Of a stretch of 64,000 nucleotides of DNA, positions 27,112 to 38,000 are shown piece by piece. Under the pieces are notes generated by a model, which saw only the letters and a list, made by a program, of their open reading frames with translations, did no database searches and was not told the origin of the DNA. The position numbers were made by a program, and so were the translations under genes. Source of the DNA: a virus; the IMG/VR virus record IMGVR_UViG_3300020183_000020, positions 32,001-96,000 of that record; one strand, given 5' to 3'. The number at the start of each line of letters is the position of its first letter. Within the stretch, counting starts at the first letter, position 1.

Positions 27112-29028
27112 ATGAAATACGCATACAGAACACCCAAGTTATTTAGCCTACAGCCTCTTCTTAGGCTGTTTAGATCGAAAGGTATTGGATACTCCGTCGA
27201 CAGGTTCAAGGGTGAAAGGGAAGACCGTTTCTTTTCGGTTATTTCAGTTGCCTTAAACGCTGAGGATTGGATAGTTCGCCCGCAGGCTATAGGATTAAAG
27301 AGCGAAGAAGGCTTAGAGTTTATGGATATTAGATTTACTAAGGTGAACTACAAGAAGTTCCACGAGTACATGATGGAGACCAAGGCTGAGTTAGCTCTCC
27401 CCCGTTTGGAAGATAGCTACATGGAACAGCGAGTAGAACTATCCAAAGAAGTCTTGATTGTTGTAGTGCGTGAGGACAGATCAGGATATAGGGGTATTTC
27501 AAATCTAATGGAGGATTGGGGCATCCGCACGGATCGACTTCTAAAAACCAAAGCTCTTTTACTTAAAAAGGCTGAGGGTGAGTCTATTGAACAAGACTTA
27601 AGGGGAGTACCTGCCACGGATATTTCGGGTAATACTTCAGCTAAGGAAGATAAAGCCATCGACCAAAGGTTCATTCAACCGATGCTTGAAAAGCATCGGC
27701 TCTCTGCTGAGATAATGGAAAAGAAGGCAGGTATTTTCAAAACGCACAAATCGAGTTTTGGTCGTCGGATTATTGCCGCCACCCACTCTTATTCCAAAAC
27801 AACGGGGCGACCCCTGTATGTAGAGTTGGACAACATACTTGGAGATACCTCCATAAACTACGCGGGCTCTTTACTAGAGAGATATGCCTGTCAGCACCTA
27901 TCGGAAACTACGCTGCCCGATTTCCTTTTAAAGGCAGAGCTAGAACTGAAAGACGCTATCTATTTACCATCAGGGCGGAAAAGAAATGAGAGTGTCTATG
28001 ACGAGATGGCTAAGAAGATAAAGAAAGATACCGAGGAAAGTCTAAAGGCTTGGCTCGATCTCAATGGTGTACAACTTGGTCTCTCAATGGATACTTTTAT
28101 CGACAGGGGCTTCCGTTCAACTGCAACGGAATATCTCTCAAGATTGAGAGATAAGATATCCGTAGCAATCAAGCCCAAAAGGAAACTCGTAGATGGCATC
28201 CCTGATATGTACGAAACTAAGACTAAATCTGAGTACATATCAGGACTAATGGAGCTAAATGGATTACTTGGTGGACACACAGACATAGAAACAGAAATAG
28301 CAAGGGCGGAGGGACACCCACATTTAGTTTACGCCAGCCATGTACCCAAATCCATATTGGAACTGAACAAGACGGAAATGGTTAAGAGACAGGAAAAAGA
28401 TGAAACCATACTTCTCGACACACTTACTTCCCTTACACCTCAAACAATAGCCCCTCAAACAATAACAAGGGATGGACATAACCTTATCGTGTGTTCGGAG
28501 TATCCGGGTTTTGGAGTTATTTATGATGAGTTAGGTGTTACGCCTGAGAAGGTTCATTTGGAGGGGATTTTTTATGCTCTGAAAATCATGAGCCACTATA
28601 CGGATAAAAGGGTGATACAGCTCAAATATGAGAAGGGAGTTAGGGCAAACTATCTTGTGGCGGGATTGGGGGGGTTAGGTAGAATTGAAATGGATAGAAA
28701 AGATGACCTAAGAGTTGCTATCCATGAGGCGATGCACGCACTTGAATGGCACTCTCCGTCTATATGTTCCCTTGTGACAGCGTTTTGTGCTAGTCGCTTC
28801 AATCCTTTCGAGGAAAAGAACATAGGGAGAGGCGAAAAAGCCTTCTCAGGTCTTTGGGATATTTACGCAGGTAAAATGTATGATGGCGATACAATGAGTG
28901 AGTTTATTACAATGGGGGTTCAGGAGTTCAGAAGTGCAAAAACAATCGTAGGACTCGCTAAGAAAGACTACCCACACTTCCTCTTTACCCACGCTCTAGT
29001 CACAGGGAAGCTGAAGGAATATCTATGA
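27112..29028 (+). CDS. Multidomain protein with C-terminal zincin metallopeptidase
   Basis: HEAMHALE...YAGKMY...SEFITMG; internal KKA linkers. Confidence 0.7.
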   Translation: MKYAYRTPKLFSLQPLLRLFRSKGIGYSVDRFKGEREDRFFSVISVALNAEDWIVRPQAIGLKSEEGLEFMDIRFTKVNYKKFHEYMMETKAELALPRLEDSYMEQRVELSKEVLIVVVREDRSGYRGISNLMEDWGIRTDRLLKTKALLLKKAEGESIEQDLRGVPATDISGNTSAKEDKAIDQRFIQPMLEKHRLSAEIMEKKAGIFKTHKSSFGRRIIAATHSYSKTTGRPLYVELDNILGDTSINYAGSLLERYACQHLSETTLPDFLLKAELELKDAIYLPSGRKRNESVYDEMAKKIKKDTEESLKAWLDLNGVQLGLSMDTFIDRGFRSTATEYLSRLRDKISVAIKPKRKLVDGIPDMYETKTKSEYISGLMELNGLLGGHTDIETEIARAEGHPHLVYASHVPKSILELNKTEMVKRQEKDETILLDTLTSLTPQTIAPQTITRDGHNLIVCSEYPGFGVIYDELGVTPEKVHLEGIFYALKIMSHYTDKRVIQLKYEKGVRANYLVAGLGGLGRIEMDRKDDLRVAIHEAMHALEWHSPSICSLVTAFCASRFNPFEEKNIGRGEKAFSGLWDIYAGKMYDGDTMSEFITMGVQEFRSAKTIVGLAKKDYPHFLFTHALVTGKLKEYL

Positions 29029-29333
29029 CCACCACCACTATCCATTTTCGGTACGGAAGTGTGAAAGCCCAAGTCTTAATCTTTTACAGCGATCCGTTTA
29101 TGATTGAGGGTTATGAGTTCTCAGGGGATGGGACAATCATAAACATCTACAAAAGCAAACTAGGGGGAGAACCTTCAGGTTACTTCATCGGTTCTGCCTC
29201 TGTAGATAACATAGAATACTTCATCAATGCGGCATATGATGCCAAAAGAGATTTCGAGCGGCTAGAGTATGCCATAGTCAACCCTCCCAACCTTAGCAGG
29301 AACAACTCAGACAACCCTGATGCCGTCTACTAA
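29025..29333 (+). CDS. Small protein coupled to the peptidase gene (possible inhibitor or immunity protein)
   Basis: ATGA overlap, AAGGA RBS. Confidence 0.55.
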   Translation: MTTTTIHFRYGSVKAQVLIFYSDPFMIEGYEFSGDGTIINIYKSKLGGEPSGYFIGSASVDNIEYFINAAYDAKRDFERLEYAIVNPPNLSRNNSDNPDAVY

Positions 29334-29412
29334 GGATAGCTGATTAATAGTTTGTTTATGGGGGTACTCAAACGGATACTAACCCTCCCGACCCTTTTGA
29401 GGTACACAGAGT

Positions 29413-29799
29413 ATGCCCCTAGTTCATCAGCACATTGTGATTCGTTCCCATGTCATGAAGCCTCCCATGAGCGAGGAACAGACGAAGAATTGGCTCAAAG
29501 AGCTTATTTCCAAGATTGACATGAAGATTCTTAATGGACCTCATGCGACATATTTGGATAAAGAGGGAAATAGGGGCGTAACAGGGGTCTGCATTATTGA
29601 GACTTCTCATATCGCCATCCATGTGTGGGACGAGGAGTCACCGGGGCTGATTCAGCTTGATGTGTACTCATGTAAGGACTTCGATAAGGAAGTGGTATTT
29701 GACCACTTCAAGTGTTTCGAGCCTGTGTCCACCGAGTGGTTCATGCTCGACCGCACGGACAAGCTGTCCATCACGGATGATATTCAGGCAAAGAAATAA
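29413..29799 (+). CDS. speD: S-adenosylmethionine decarboxylase proenzyme
   Basis: GVTGVCIIETSHIAIHVW, LDVYSCKDFD; late-type motif at 29348-29359. Confidence 0.92.
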   Translation: MPLVHQHIVIRSHVMKPPMSEEQTKNWLKELISKIDMKILNGPHATYLDKEGNRGVTGVCIIETSHIAIHVWDEESPGLIQLDVYSCKDFDKEVVFDHFKCFEPVSTEWFMLDRTDKLSITDDIQAKK

Positions 29800-29802
29800 G
29801 AA

Positions 29803-30402
29803 ATGGCAGACGGAGAGTGCATAATAGGGGGTGATGTATCTCTCGTCTTTTGGAAAGATGGCGGATGGTATGCTGATGGGGAGTATCTAACGGACGATAT
29901 AGGGAAGTGCAAAATCCTCCCATCGAGTGAAGACAGGAAGATTGTCTTATCGGTGGGAGAACCTCCCCGCATATTTGTCCCCAAGAAGTTACCTGAGCCT
30001 GAGCCTGTGAGGGCAATTGAGAAATCGTCCGTTCAAGAGGTTCAGCCCATAGCGGAAGTACTTCAGGTGGTAGAGGACACTATTTTAGAGAAAGTTTTGG
30101 ATAAACTAGGCGACAATCCATTAGCTGTTGTTGTCGCGATTGGATTTGTGGTCTTTAAGAAGATGATCGAGGGTAAACAGACCAAATCTGAAAGTGAAAT
30201 GGATAAAAGGTGTAGCGGTCGTCATCAGGGTTCAGATGTTCAGACCAAAGAGCTAGAGAAGCAGGTTGAAGATTTGAAACAGAGATTGGAAGAAGTGAGT
30301 TCTAACTACGAGCTAAGTAAATCTAGCTCTGTGTCCCGCAGGGATTACAACAAGCTACTTGATCGGATGGAAGCACTTGAAAATTTATTGGATAATAAAT
30401 AG
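29803..30402 (+). CDS. Membrane-anchored coiled-coil protein
   Basis: One hydrophobic segment (PLAVVVAIGFVVF) followed by a coiled coil. Confidence 0.65.
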   Translation: MADGECIIGGDVSLVFWKDGGWYADGEYLTDDIGKCKILPSSEDRKIVLSVGEPPRIFVPKKLPEPEPVRAIEKSSVQEVQPIAEVLQVVEDTILEKVLDKLGDNPLAVVVAIGFVVFKKMIEGKQTKSESEMDKRCSGRHQGSDVQTKELEKQVEDLKQRLEEVSSNYELSKSSSVSRRDYNKLLDRMEALENLLDNK

Positions 30403-30407
30403 TCAGC

Positions 30408-31187
30408 TTATAGCGTATCTGTACTAAGGCTTAGGACTACAAAATCTTCGCTTTTGACCCCTATTTGACACTCGATGAGCCAATCAATAAACATCTTTCC
30501 ATCAACTAGGGCGATGGGTTTATTATCTTTACGGCTGGCTTCTTCAATTGCCTCTTTGGTGAAGCCCGAGGTGCAGATGATCATCCCGCTTTCATGCTTG
30601 AGGCTTCCTCTTAGCTCCCTAACTTCCTTTGATCCGACTTTGTTTTTCCCTGCGTATCTCTTAACCTGTATAGCAACCTCAGTATTGATTAAGCCTATAT
30701 AAATGGCTCTTATGTCTATACCCTTATCTTTAGTGGGTGGTGTGACTCGAACATCACGACAGCCCTTTCGAGACAAGACACCTGCCACAAAATGTTCAAA
30801 CTGAGTCCCATTATACTTACCCAATACATTATCCAAAAGTTGCTTTCTTACCTTGTCGTTGTGGGCTTTGATCTCAGATAAGAAGTTGTCTTGGTGAGGG
30901 TGAGCGGGGGACGGCTTTGGATTGGTCTTGGGAGTCTTGGTGGTGGGGGGGTGGGTAGCCTGAGCGGTTTTTATCCAATAAAGACCTGCCTTATCTAAGG
31001 TGAAGTCGCCATGCCTCTTCATGTGCTTATACAAAGCGGCTTGGATTGTAGCTTTGGGTCTCTTTCCGCCCAAGGGGGGAGACCCCTTCTTTTCTAGAAT
31101 CTTATCCGTGAGGTCATCGAGAGTCAGACCTTGAGATTGTTCTTGGAGAACCTTGATGGCGAGGGAAACATAGGAGTCTTGTTGCAT
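30408..31187 (-). CDS. mrr: Mrr-family restriction endonuclease with N-terminal winged HTH
   Basis: FEHFVAGVL, DKGID, IQVKRY, VRELRGSL, TSGFTKEA, IALVDG. Confidence 0.9.
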   Translation of the reverse strand: MQQDSYVSLAIKVLQEQSQGLTLDDLTDKILEKKGSPPLGGKRPKATIQAALYKHMKRHGDFTLDKAGLYWIKTAQATHPPTTKTPKTNPKPSPAHPHQDNFLSEIKAHNDKVRKQLLDNVLGKYNGTQFEHFVAGVLSRKGCRDVRVTPPTKDKGIDIRAIYIGLINTEVAIQVKRYAGKNKVGSKEVRELRGSLKHESGMIICTSGFTKEAIEEASRKDNKPIALVDGKMFIDWLIECQIGVKSEDFVVLSLSTDTL

Positions 31188-31237
31188 AATGGAGGTAACT
31201 TCTCTTTTGGATTTTGGGTTCTATCTCTCACTCGCCA

Positions 31238-31267
31238 TACAATAATTGTATAACCCGAATGGGATAC
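31238..31267 (-). promoter_or_regulatory. Early-type promoter GTATCCCA-N15-TATTGTA
   Basis: Same motif, upstream of mrr. Confidence 0.6.
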
Positions 31268-31318
31268 TAAATATAAGTGTTTTACTAGGGAAGTGTTCCC
31301 CCGTTGGGGATCGCTCTT

Positions 31319-32185
31319 TCAGTATCCGAAATCGGTGGGGTTTTGGGCGATGACCTTTTCGATCACTTCGATGTGTTTCTTTAGGTGTATGGTGGTGATG
31401 CCTTTAGCCTCAGCCCACTCTTGGTGGGTTTGATAGGTGCCTTCGACCTTATCACGATATATTCCATATCGGATAAGACCTGTCTCCTGACCGAACTTGG
31501 AGGTGAGGAGGTGTTTGACATGATTTGAGATGGAATCAGCTTCAGCTAGCTTTTCAGCTTCGGAGGTGTAGTCGTAAAAGTAGTCTACTTCGGTGTTTTC
31601 GGGGTTATCCTCGTCCACCTTTGTCACCACTTTAGCGGAGTCTTCGGACTGATAGTGATACCGAGAACCACGCTTACACTCTTGTTGAGTCTTACGCCCG
31701 CGTTGGCGTTGCAGGGCATCTTGTCCCTCGACCATACTTGCCCGCCACACGAACTGCTTAAAATGGTAGAAGATTGAGTTTTGTGTGGGTTCTTTGCCTT
31801 TATCCACCATAGCGGAAAGATTGTTCTTGTCGCAGATGAAGACGATAAAATCTTGAAAATAATCTTCCAAGTCGCCTAGAGCAAAGTTTATAGCTGTGTC
31901 CCTGCCCCCATGACGGAGGCAAAACTCTCTCAGCTTTTCGTAGTTGGCGGACTTTCCGTCATACAGCCACTTCTCTGTGGAGTTGTAAGTCCTCCTTGAG
32001 GGGCGGTTTTTAGGCGGTTGGATCGTGACAACCTGATACGACTCAATCTCGTTGAACATGGTGTCGAAAATCGAGTCTTTATTTTCAAGGGCTTTGATCT
32101 GAGCCTCTAGAGCTTTGATCTGAGCCTCCACCTTCGCCGCTTCCTCCCGCTTCCCAAAAAGGTCTTGCCGCAGTTTCTCTAACAC
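31319..32185 (-). CDS. Divergent sigma-70-like or HTH protein
   Basis: Region-2-like DLEDYFQDFIVFI and C-terminal THQEWAEAKGITTIHLKKHI; GAGGAG RBS, GTG start. Confidence 0.5.
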   Translation of the reverse strand: MLEKLRQDLFGKREEAAKVEAQIKALEAQIKALENKDSIFDTMFNEIESYQVVTIQPPKNRPSRRTYNSTEKWLYDGKSANYEKLREFCLRHGGRDTAINFALGDLEDYFQDFIVFICDKNNLSAMVDKGKEPTQNSIFYHFKQFVWRASMVEGQDALQRQRGRKTQQECKRGSRYHYQSEDSAKVVTKVDEDNPENTEVDYFYDYTSEAEKLAEADSISNHVKHLLTSKFGQETGLIRYGIYRDKVEGTYQTHQEWAEAKGITTIHLKKHIEVIEKVIAQNPTDFGY

Positions 32186-32287
32186 GATGGTCTCCTCATA
32201 GAGAGGGTTAGTTGTGCCTCATATGGTTGGTCACCGAGACACGGGGGGTAGCACCTAGTCTACACAGGGTAGGTGGTGTCAGTCAAC

Positions 32288-32318
32288 ACTAATCATGTTA
32301 GTTGGGGGTGTGGGATAC
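32288..32318 (-). promoter_or_regulatory. Early-type promoter GTATCCCA-N16-GATTAGT
   Basis: Motif copy with 1-nt longer spacer. Confidence 0.55.
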
Positions 32319-32370
32319 TTTTTTTCTGTTTATTGACAACCGGCTAAGAATCTTCTGAAAGGATAAGATA

Positions 32371-33963
32371 ATGGACAAGAAACTACTGACCTTAGGTGTT
32401 CTGATCGAGCGGAGTGGGTTTGCCTCCCACAACAAGGAAGCGGCTGAATTTTTGTCCGCTTTAAAGAAACAGGCAGGAATGGATAAACTCGCCATGTTGC
32501 CGACCAAATGGGATAGTCCAGCTAAGAAACAAGAATATGGGGAAATGCCCCTAGATACCCTTCAGCACTTTTTTGTTCAGATGTGGTGGGGTGCGATGGT
32601 GAAGCTAGGTACGACCACCGTACAGCCTCCCGCTGAACTCAAGATGACCAACATGAAGTTTATAGATCGTTTCTTGGGTGCTCCACTTAAGGCATCTTCC
32701 AATCCTAAGCCGAATACGGAGATTAATCAGCTTTGGGCTTCTCTTAAGGAGGCATGGAACAGACACCGCACCGACTACGAGTCGGCTTGGAACCGCATTT
32801 GGTTTAGGGCATATAACGCTACAAGCTATGTCCGTGGTACTAGGAGTTACCCAACCACAGAGGCACGCAATCAAGCTGAATCTGAGCAGTCCGTTGCGGT
32901 CTTTGATAAGTATTTTAAGGGTAACTCGTTATTTAACTTTGTTTTGAAATTAAATCTCGGCTCACTAGAGTCGGTCTTTGAGCAGACCTCGGCTCTGATT
33001 GTATCTAACATCGCCAATGGGAATGTATCCTCAAAGTCGGTCAAAAGCATCTCCACAGACTTTTCCGCTCCCGAAGATGAAGATGGTGGTGGTGCGGGTG
33101 ATGCTTACAACTTCACCTATGAAGATGCCGTCATTAACTATCCGAGTAAACCGAGAGCAGTCACAGAAAAGCTGTTAGGAGATGATGGTACATGGCAAGC
33201 CTTCATCAATGAAGCCGTGAAGAATGATGCTTCTTTTATGGCGGATTTAAATGGGGTAATTAAGGATGCGTTAGAGATACCTGCTATGTCTGAGGATGTG
33301 TTGTTATCCACAAGGATAACAAGTTTGCCTCAGATGGAAATACTCGCAACCCTTATTGATGATTGCATCTCTCCTTTAGCGACAAGGCGTATTCAAAATA
33401 CGGATAGGAACGCGATATCCAGCGGAGGTTATGCTGTCCTTTACGCATATCTAGCCTTGTCGGGGGTGACTTTTGAAGTGGCCGGAGGGGGTACAACGAC
33501 TGTGAAGCTGTCGGTTAACCCTTTCTTACTTAACTTCAGAGAGTTGCAGAGAGTCGCTCCTGAATTTAGAAAGGCGGCAGACTTTGGGGGATTGGTGGCT
33601 AGTCTTTGGGCTTCCGTAGAGAGGTATATGCCCACAAAGTTACTCGTCATGAATCAAGCTGTGTTCACGACTCAGATGATCAAGTTTGTTTGGGGTGGGA
33701 GTGGTATAGCTCCTTATCAGTCCGAGAAGTTCCCTGAGGGTCCCATGAAGGCAGGTAGAAGATATTTTGCAGCCTGCCTCAAAGAGTTTATCCGTCTTCG
33801 CCTTATCCTTGAAGTTTCAAACCGCCAAGTTTTGGCAGATGCCGAACCGGGTTTAAAGGGTTCTACCTGTGTGGATGCTCTTAGAGCAATCACTATGGCA
33901 CCTAAGTCGGTTATTGATGTTGCTCGTACACTTCTGATTCAGGACTTAGTGGGAATGAAGTAA
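32371..33963 (+). CDS. Hypothetical protein, putative virion-internal
   Basis: 530 aa; N-terminal KEA/KQA/KLA cluster; late-like motif at 32322-32333. Confidence 0.7.
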   Translation: MDKKLLTLGVLIERSGFASHNKEAAEFLSALKKQAGMDKLAMLPTKWDSPAKKQEYGEMPLDTLQHFFVQMWWGAMVKLGTTTVQPPAELKMTNMKFIDRFLGAPLKASSNPKPNTEINQLWASLKEAWNRHRTDYESAWNRIWFRAYNATSYVRGTRSYPTTEARNQAESEQSVAVFDKYFKGNSLFNFVLKLNLGSLESVFEQTSALIVSNIANGNVSSKSVKSISTDFSAPEDEDGGGAGDAYNFTYEDAVINYPSKPRAVTEKLLGDDGTWQAFINEAVKNDASFMADLNGVIKDALEIPAMSEDVLLSTRITSLPQMEILATLIDDCISPLATRRIQNTDRNAISSGGYAVLYAYLALSGVTFEVAGGGTTTVKLSVNPFLLNFRELQRVAPEFRKAADFGGLVASLWASVERYMPTKLLVMNQAVFTTQMIKFVWGGSGIAPYQSEKFPEGPMKAGRRYFAACLKEFIRLRLILEVSNRQVLADAEPGLKGSTCVDALRAITMAPKSVIDVARTLLIQDLVGMK

Positions 33964-33972
33964 ATCTTTTAT
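33961..33972 (+). promoter_or_regulatory. Late-type motif TAAATCTTTTAT heading the baseplate operon
   Basis: Matches TA-N5-TTTAT. Confidence 0.55.
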
Positions 33973-34036
33973 TGATGCCCCCATGTAACTATCCGTTTTG
34001 TGTGGATAGTTAACCACTTCTTCATGGGGTGACAAT

Positions 34037-35077
34037 ATGAGTAAAGACTTGCAGATAGCTCACGCTTGCCCTCATCTTATCCGTTATGAGCGGGTGTTTT
34101 TAGATGGGGGCAAGTTTATTTCACCTGCGAGTCCAATCGAAGGTGAAAATCTTTTGGTCTTGAGGAGAGACGGAATAGAACTGCCCTCGGTGGGCTTGTT
34201 CAGAGAGGCTTCAGTAATATCTCCTCTTAAAGGTCCATATCGGATAAAGGCGGGGGCGAATGAGTTGGTGGTGGAGTTAGAGGGTGGAGTTTCTTATGAT
34301 TTGATCATTCCACCTAAAATTTACAGCACAGCTACGCTTGTTTCTTTTTTAGAGAACAAGTTGGGCGAGATTTCTGTGATGGAACATCAGTTAGCATTAA
34401 AGTTTACGGATAACCGCAGGGGAGTAGGGTTTAGCGTAAGGGGTTCAGTAATGGATAGTTTGGGTTTTTCGGTTTCAAAGGTGAGAGCGAAGCCACAAAG
34501 GATAACGCCGAGTTGGAAGTTGAGGAAAAGCGGAGTGGGGGGGTATATGTTGGCGTTTGATAAACCTCTAGACCCTGAGGGGTTATTGGATATCACCTAC
34601 ACAACCATCAAGTCTCAATGTCGTAGGTGCAATGCAACAGGGGTAGAGAATGACCTTAGATTTTCTACCACGGGTGATTTATCCATAGTGGAGGGATATG
34701 ACCTATTGTATCAGAACATAGCGAAGACGCTATTGACAATACAGGGTAGCAATCCATATCACGATTGGTATGGGTCTAATGCGGTTGGTCTAGTGGGTAA
34801 GAAGTCTAGTACTGCCCTTCCGTCTTTGATAAGGCAAAGTGTCAAAGAAGCATTGGATAGATTTCAAGGGTTACAGAGAGAGCAATCCAAGCTACAGGTG
34901 GTGACGAATGAAGAACGCTTGTTGAGTTTGGATAGCGTCTCTGTGGAACGGATAGGGAACGATGAGACGAGTGTATTGTGTACTGTGGTGGTGAGAGCGG
35001 CTAGTGGCTCTCCCGTGAACATAAACATTGTATTTGCCGTTCCTGGCAGTATCCCGCTAGATGGAGACCTATCATGA
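34037..35077 (+). CDS. Baseplate wedge protein with C-terminal gp25-like domain
   Basis: LYQNIAKTLLTIQGSNPYHDWYGS; directly upstream of baseplate J. Confidence 0.7.
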   Translation: MSKDLQIAHACPHLIRYERVFLDGGKFISPASPIEGENLLVLRRDGIELPSVGLFREASVISPLKGPYRIKAGANELVVELEGGVSYDLIIPPKIYSTATLVSFLENKLGEISVMEHQLALKFTDNRRGVGFSVRGSVMDSLGFSVSKVRAKPQRITPSWKLRKSGVGGYMLAFDKPLDPEGLLDITYTTIKSQCRRCNATGVENDLRFSTTGDLSIVEGYDLLYQNIAKTLLTIQGSNPYHDWYGSNAVGLVGKKSSTALPSLIRQSVKEALDRFQGLQREQSKLQVVTNEERLLSLDSVSVERIGNDETSVLCTVVVRAASGSPVNINIVFAVPGSIPLDGDLS

Positions 35078-38000
35078 GTTTATTTGAGATCATTCGCCCT
35101 GATGGGGTTAAGACTTCAGCGGCTAGTGTGGTGTATTCAACCTTAAGGGAAGAGGTTGTCCTAAGAGGGAACATTTCGGATTACACCGAGATAACAATTC
35201 TATTTAATGGGACAAGTTATACATCGGTGGGAGTAGATGCGGACATAGAGATAATAGGAACCACATGGATATTTCCATCTATGGGTGGGATAGACATTTC
35301 GCAGGGATCGAACTCATTTGAAATAACGGCTAGTGGTGCGGGTTTGACGGATAAAACTATCCGTCTTGATGTGGTTTCCCCTGAGAATGAACAGGTGACA
35401 CCACCATCGGCTCCCACAAATATCCGTATCGGTCGGTCACAAAATGCTGTGGATATTTCTTTTGATCACACGGACAATGATGTGACCTACTACAACATCT
35501 ATGGTTCTACATCAAGTGGTGGTGGGCTAAATGGATACTATCTAATAAATGCGATACCGCTAGACCCTGTGTCTTATGGTGTGCGGACGGAGCGGATAAC
35601 TGAGTTGGGGGGTTTGACGGCGGATTTGAGTCCGAGTGTAGCTGATCCTTTGTTTGTGGAAGTTCAGGCGTTACAGAATTCTTCTTCAGCCGTACTATCT
35701 ACGGCTTCTCTTGGGGATGTGGAGATACCTGAAACAACAACAAGGATAAGAGTTTCGGCAGTAGTGTCGGCAATGAGTCTGAGTGTGGAGATGAAGTTTA
35801 GGCACTCAAGGACAGCCACGCCGAACTCACAGCCACCGACTTATCAAGTGGGAGAGTTTTCAACCCTTCCTGCGACTAGCCCTATTTATTATGTTGTGAC
35901 TGCGGTTAAAGTGGTTGATGATCTTGAGATAGAATCCGTTTATAGCATTGAGGTTTCAGGACAACCGATAGACATTCAAACCACAACGCTTAGTCTTCCA
36001 AATGTTTCGGATAGCGACCTGACCACAAGTCTGATTCAGACGATTTACGCCGCTGATGAGGATGCGGCAGTACAAGCAGGATCAGCTATCCGAGATTTGA
36101 TGATAGACCCGATGGTGTCTGAGTTATCCCGTAATAGATTTGTGTTGGATTTCTCTTATCGAGCCACGAGTTTTCTGAGTCTATTAAACATAGATGACCC
36201 TTTGAACACGGGTGCATCTATATCGGTCTCCAACAGTTCATATAAGCTGGCTCTAAAAGATGCGTTATTTCTTCAGACGGATGTTCAGACACAAAACATC
36301 ATAGATGGTGCCTTTGAGAGACTAGCGTCTAATTTTGGATTATCGCGTAGATTGGGGGTTCGGGCGAGGGGAGAAGTGATCTTTTATTTATCTAATAAGC
36401 CTACATTTACCTTATCCGTGCCTTTAGGAACGGTGTTAACGGGAGGGGGGGTTTCATTTAAGACGATTCAATCAGGGGGTTTTAGTGCTGAAAATGCGGC
36501 TTCGCTTTATAACCCTGTGCGTAAACGCTATGAATTGACCTTACAGATAGAAGCAATAGAGGAAGGGTTAAGGGGGAATTTAACAAGTGGTCAAATCACT
36601 CAGGGAGCCCCTGCGGGATTAAGGGTGATCAACACAGCTGCTACTTTTGGTGGTCAGGATATTGAGAGCAACAGCGATTTGACGGCAAGGTCTTTAGGGT
36701 ATTTGTCCTCTGTGGATGTGGGGACAAGAAATGGATACCTTAGGGTGGCGAGAGAGACCTCAGGGGTAGTTTCCGTCTTGGTCATAGATGCGGACAGCCC
36801 ATATATGGTGAGAGACGATGGACTAGGCGGAAAGGTAGATGTTTGGATAAGGGGCGAGAGCGTAGCTAGTGTAACGGATACTTATGCACCTACATACAAG
36901 ACCAAACGCGGGGCAAGGTTTCTTCCTCTTGTGAGCGAAGGTTCTTATTTATTTAAACTCGCTGATGCCTCCTCCCCATCTTTATTCGCCATGATAGATC
37001 GAGAAGACTTAGGTTTAGGTCTAAAGAATGCCACGAGTGGAGAGTTCTTTGACTTGACCGATGCTGTAATTACAAATGGGACTACCATTCAGCTTGAGGT
37101 CTCAATCACACAACCGACATATGCTTTTGGCGATATCATATTGGGTGATTATCGCTCAGAGATCAGTTCAGATATCCATTTGGACAGGCAACCCGTTAGA
37201 GAAGTGGTTTCCGTAACCAAGCCTGATGGGTCGAACTTGGAGTTCGACTTCTTTAAGTCTGAAGACCCGCTGATGTTGGGTCAATCCACGAGAGCTTCGG
37301 ATTATATCCGTGTTCAAAATGATGGACTTGAGAAAATCATAGATGTCACTCAAGAAGCCCACACGCTGATTGGATTTTATCCTGATAGGTTGGCAAACTT
37401 AGGTGTCGATGTAAACAGTATTGTGGTGACAAACACTTCAGGTGTGGTGTTTGATAGCCCTCTTGATCCAAGTGTAACTTCGCCTGATTATGAAATCATC
37501 TCAGAAGGTGATGTGGTTTCTATTCGTAGGACTAGTGCCGCAGGGGGGATAACAGATGGAGAGGTGGTGTTGGTCACATACCAACACCTTGAAAACATCA
37601 CAGTCACCTACAAAACAAATATCGTATTATCCAATTTGCAGGTTGAGTTAGAGGCTAATAAACACCTAGGGGCTGATGTATTGGCGAAGGAGGTGTCCCC
37701 CGTGTATGTGGACATAAAGGCTGTAGTTGTTTTGGAGCGGGGTTCCAACATCAATACGGTTGACTCCCTTATCCGTAATAACCTTTCCAATCTCATCTTG
37801 GGTCAAGTGTTAGGTGGATCACTTCGGGTTTCGGATATTATCCGTGAGATAGATGGAACAACAGGTGTGGCATATGTGATCATGCCATTGACGCAGCTAG
37901 CACTTCAGGCAGGGGGGTCTATTCTAAGAGAACCCGTGGTGGTAGGTTCGTTAAGAAACATAACCCAACTCAACAACTCCACACATCAGGTTTGGATACT

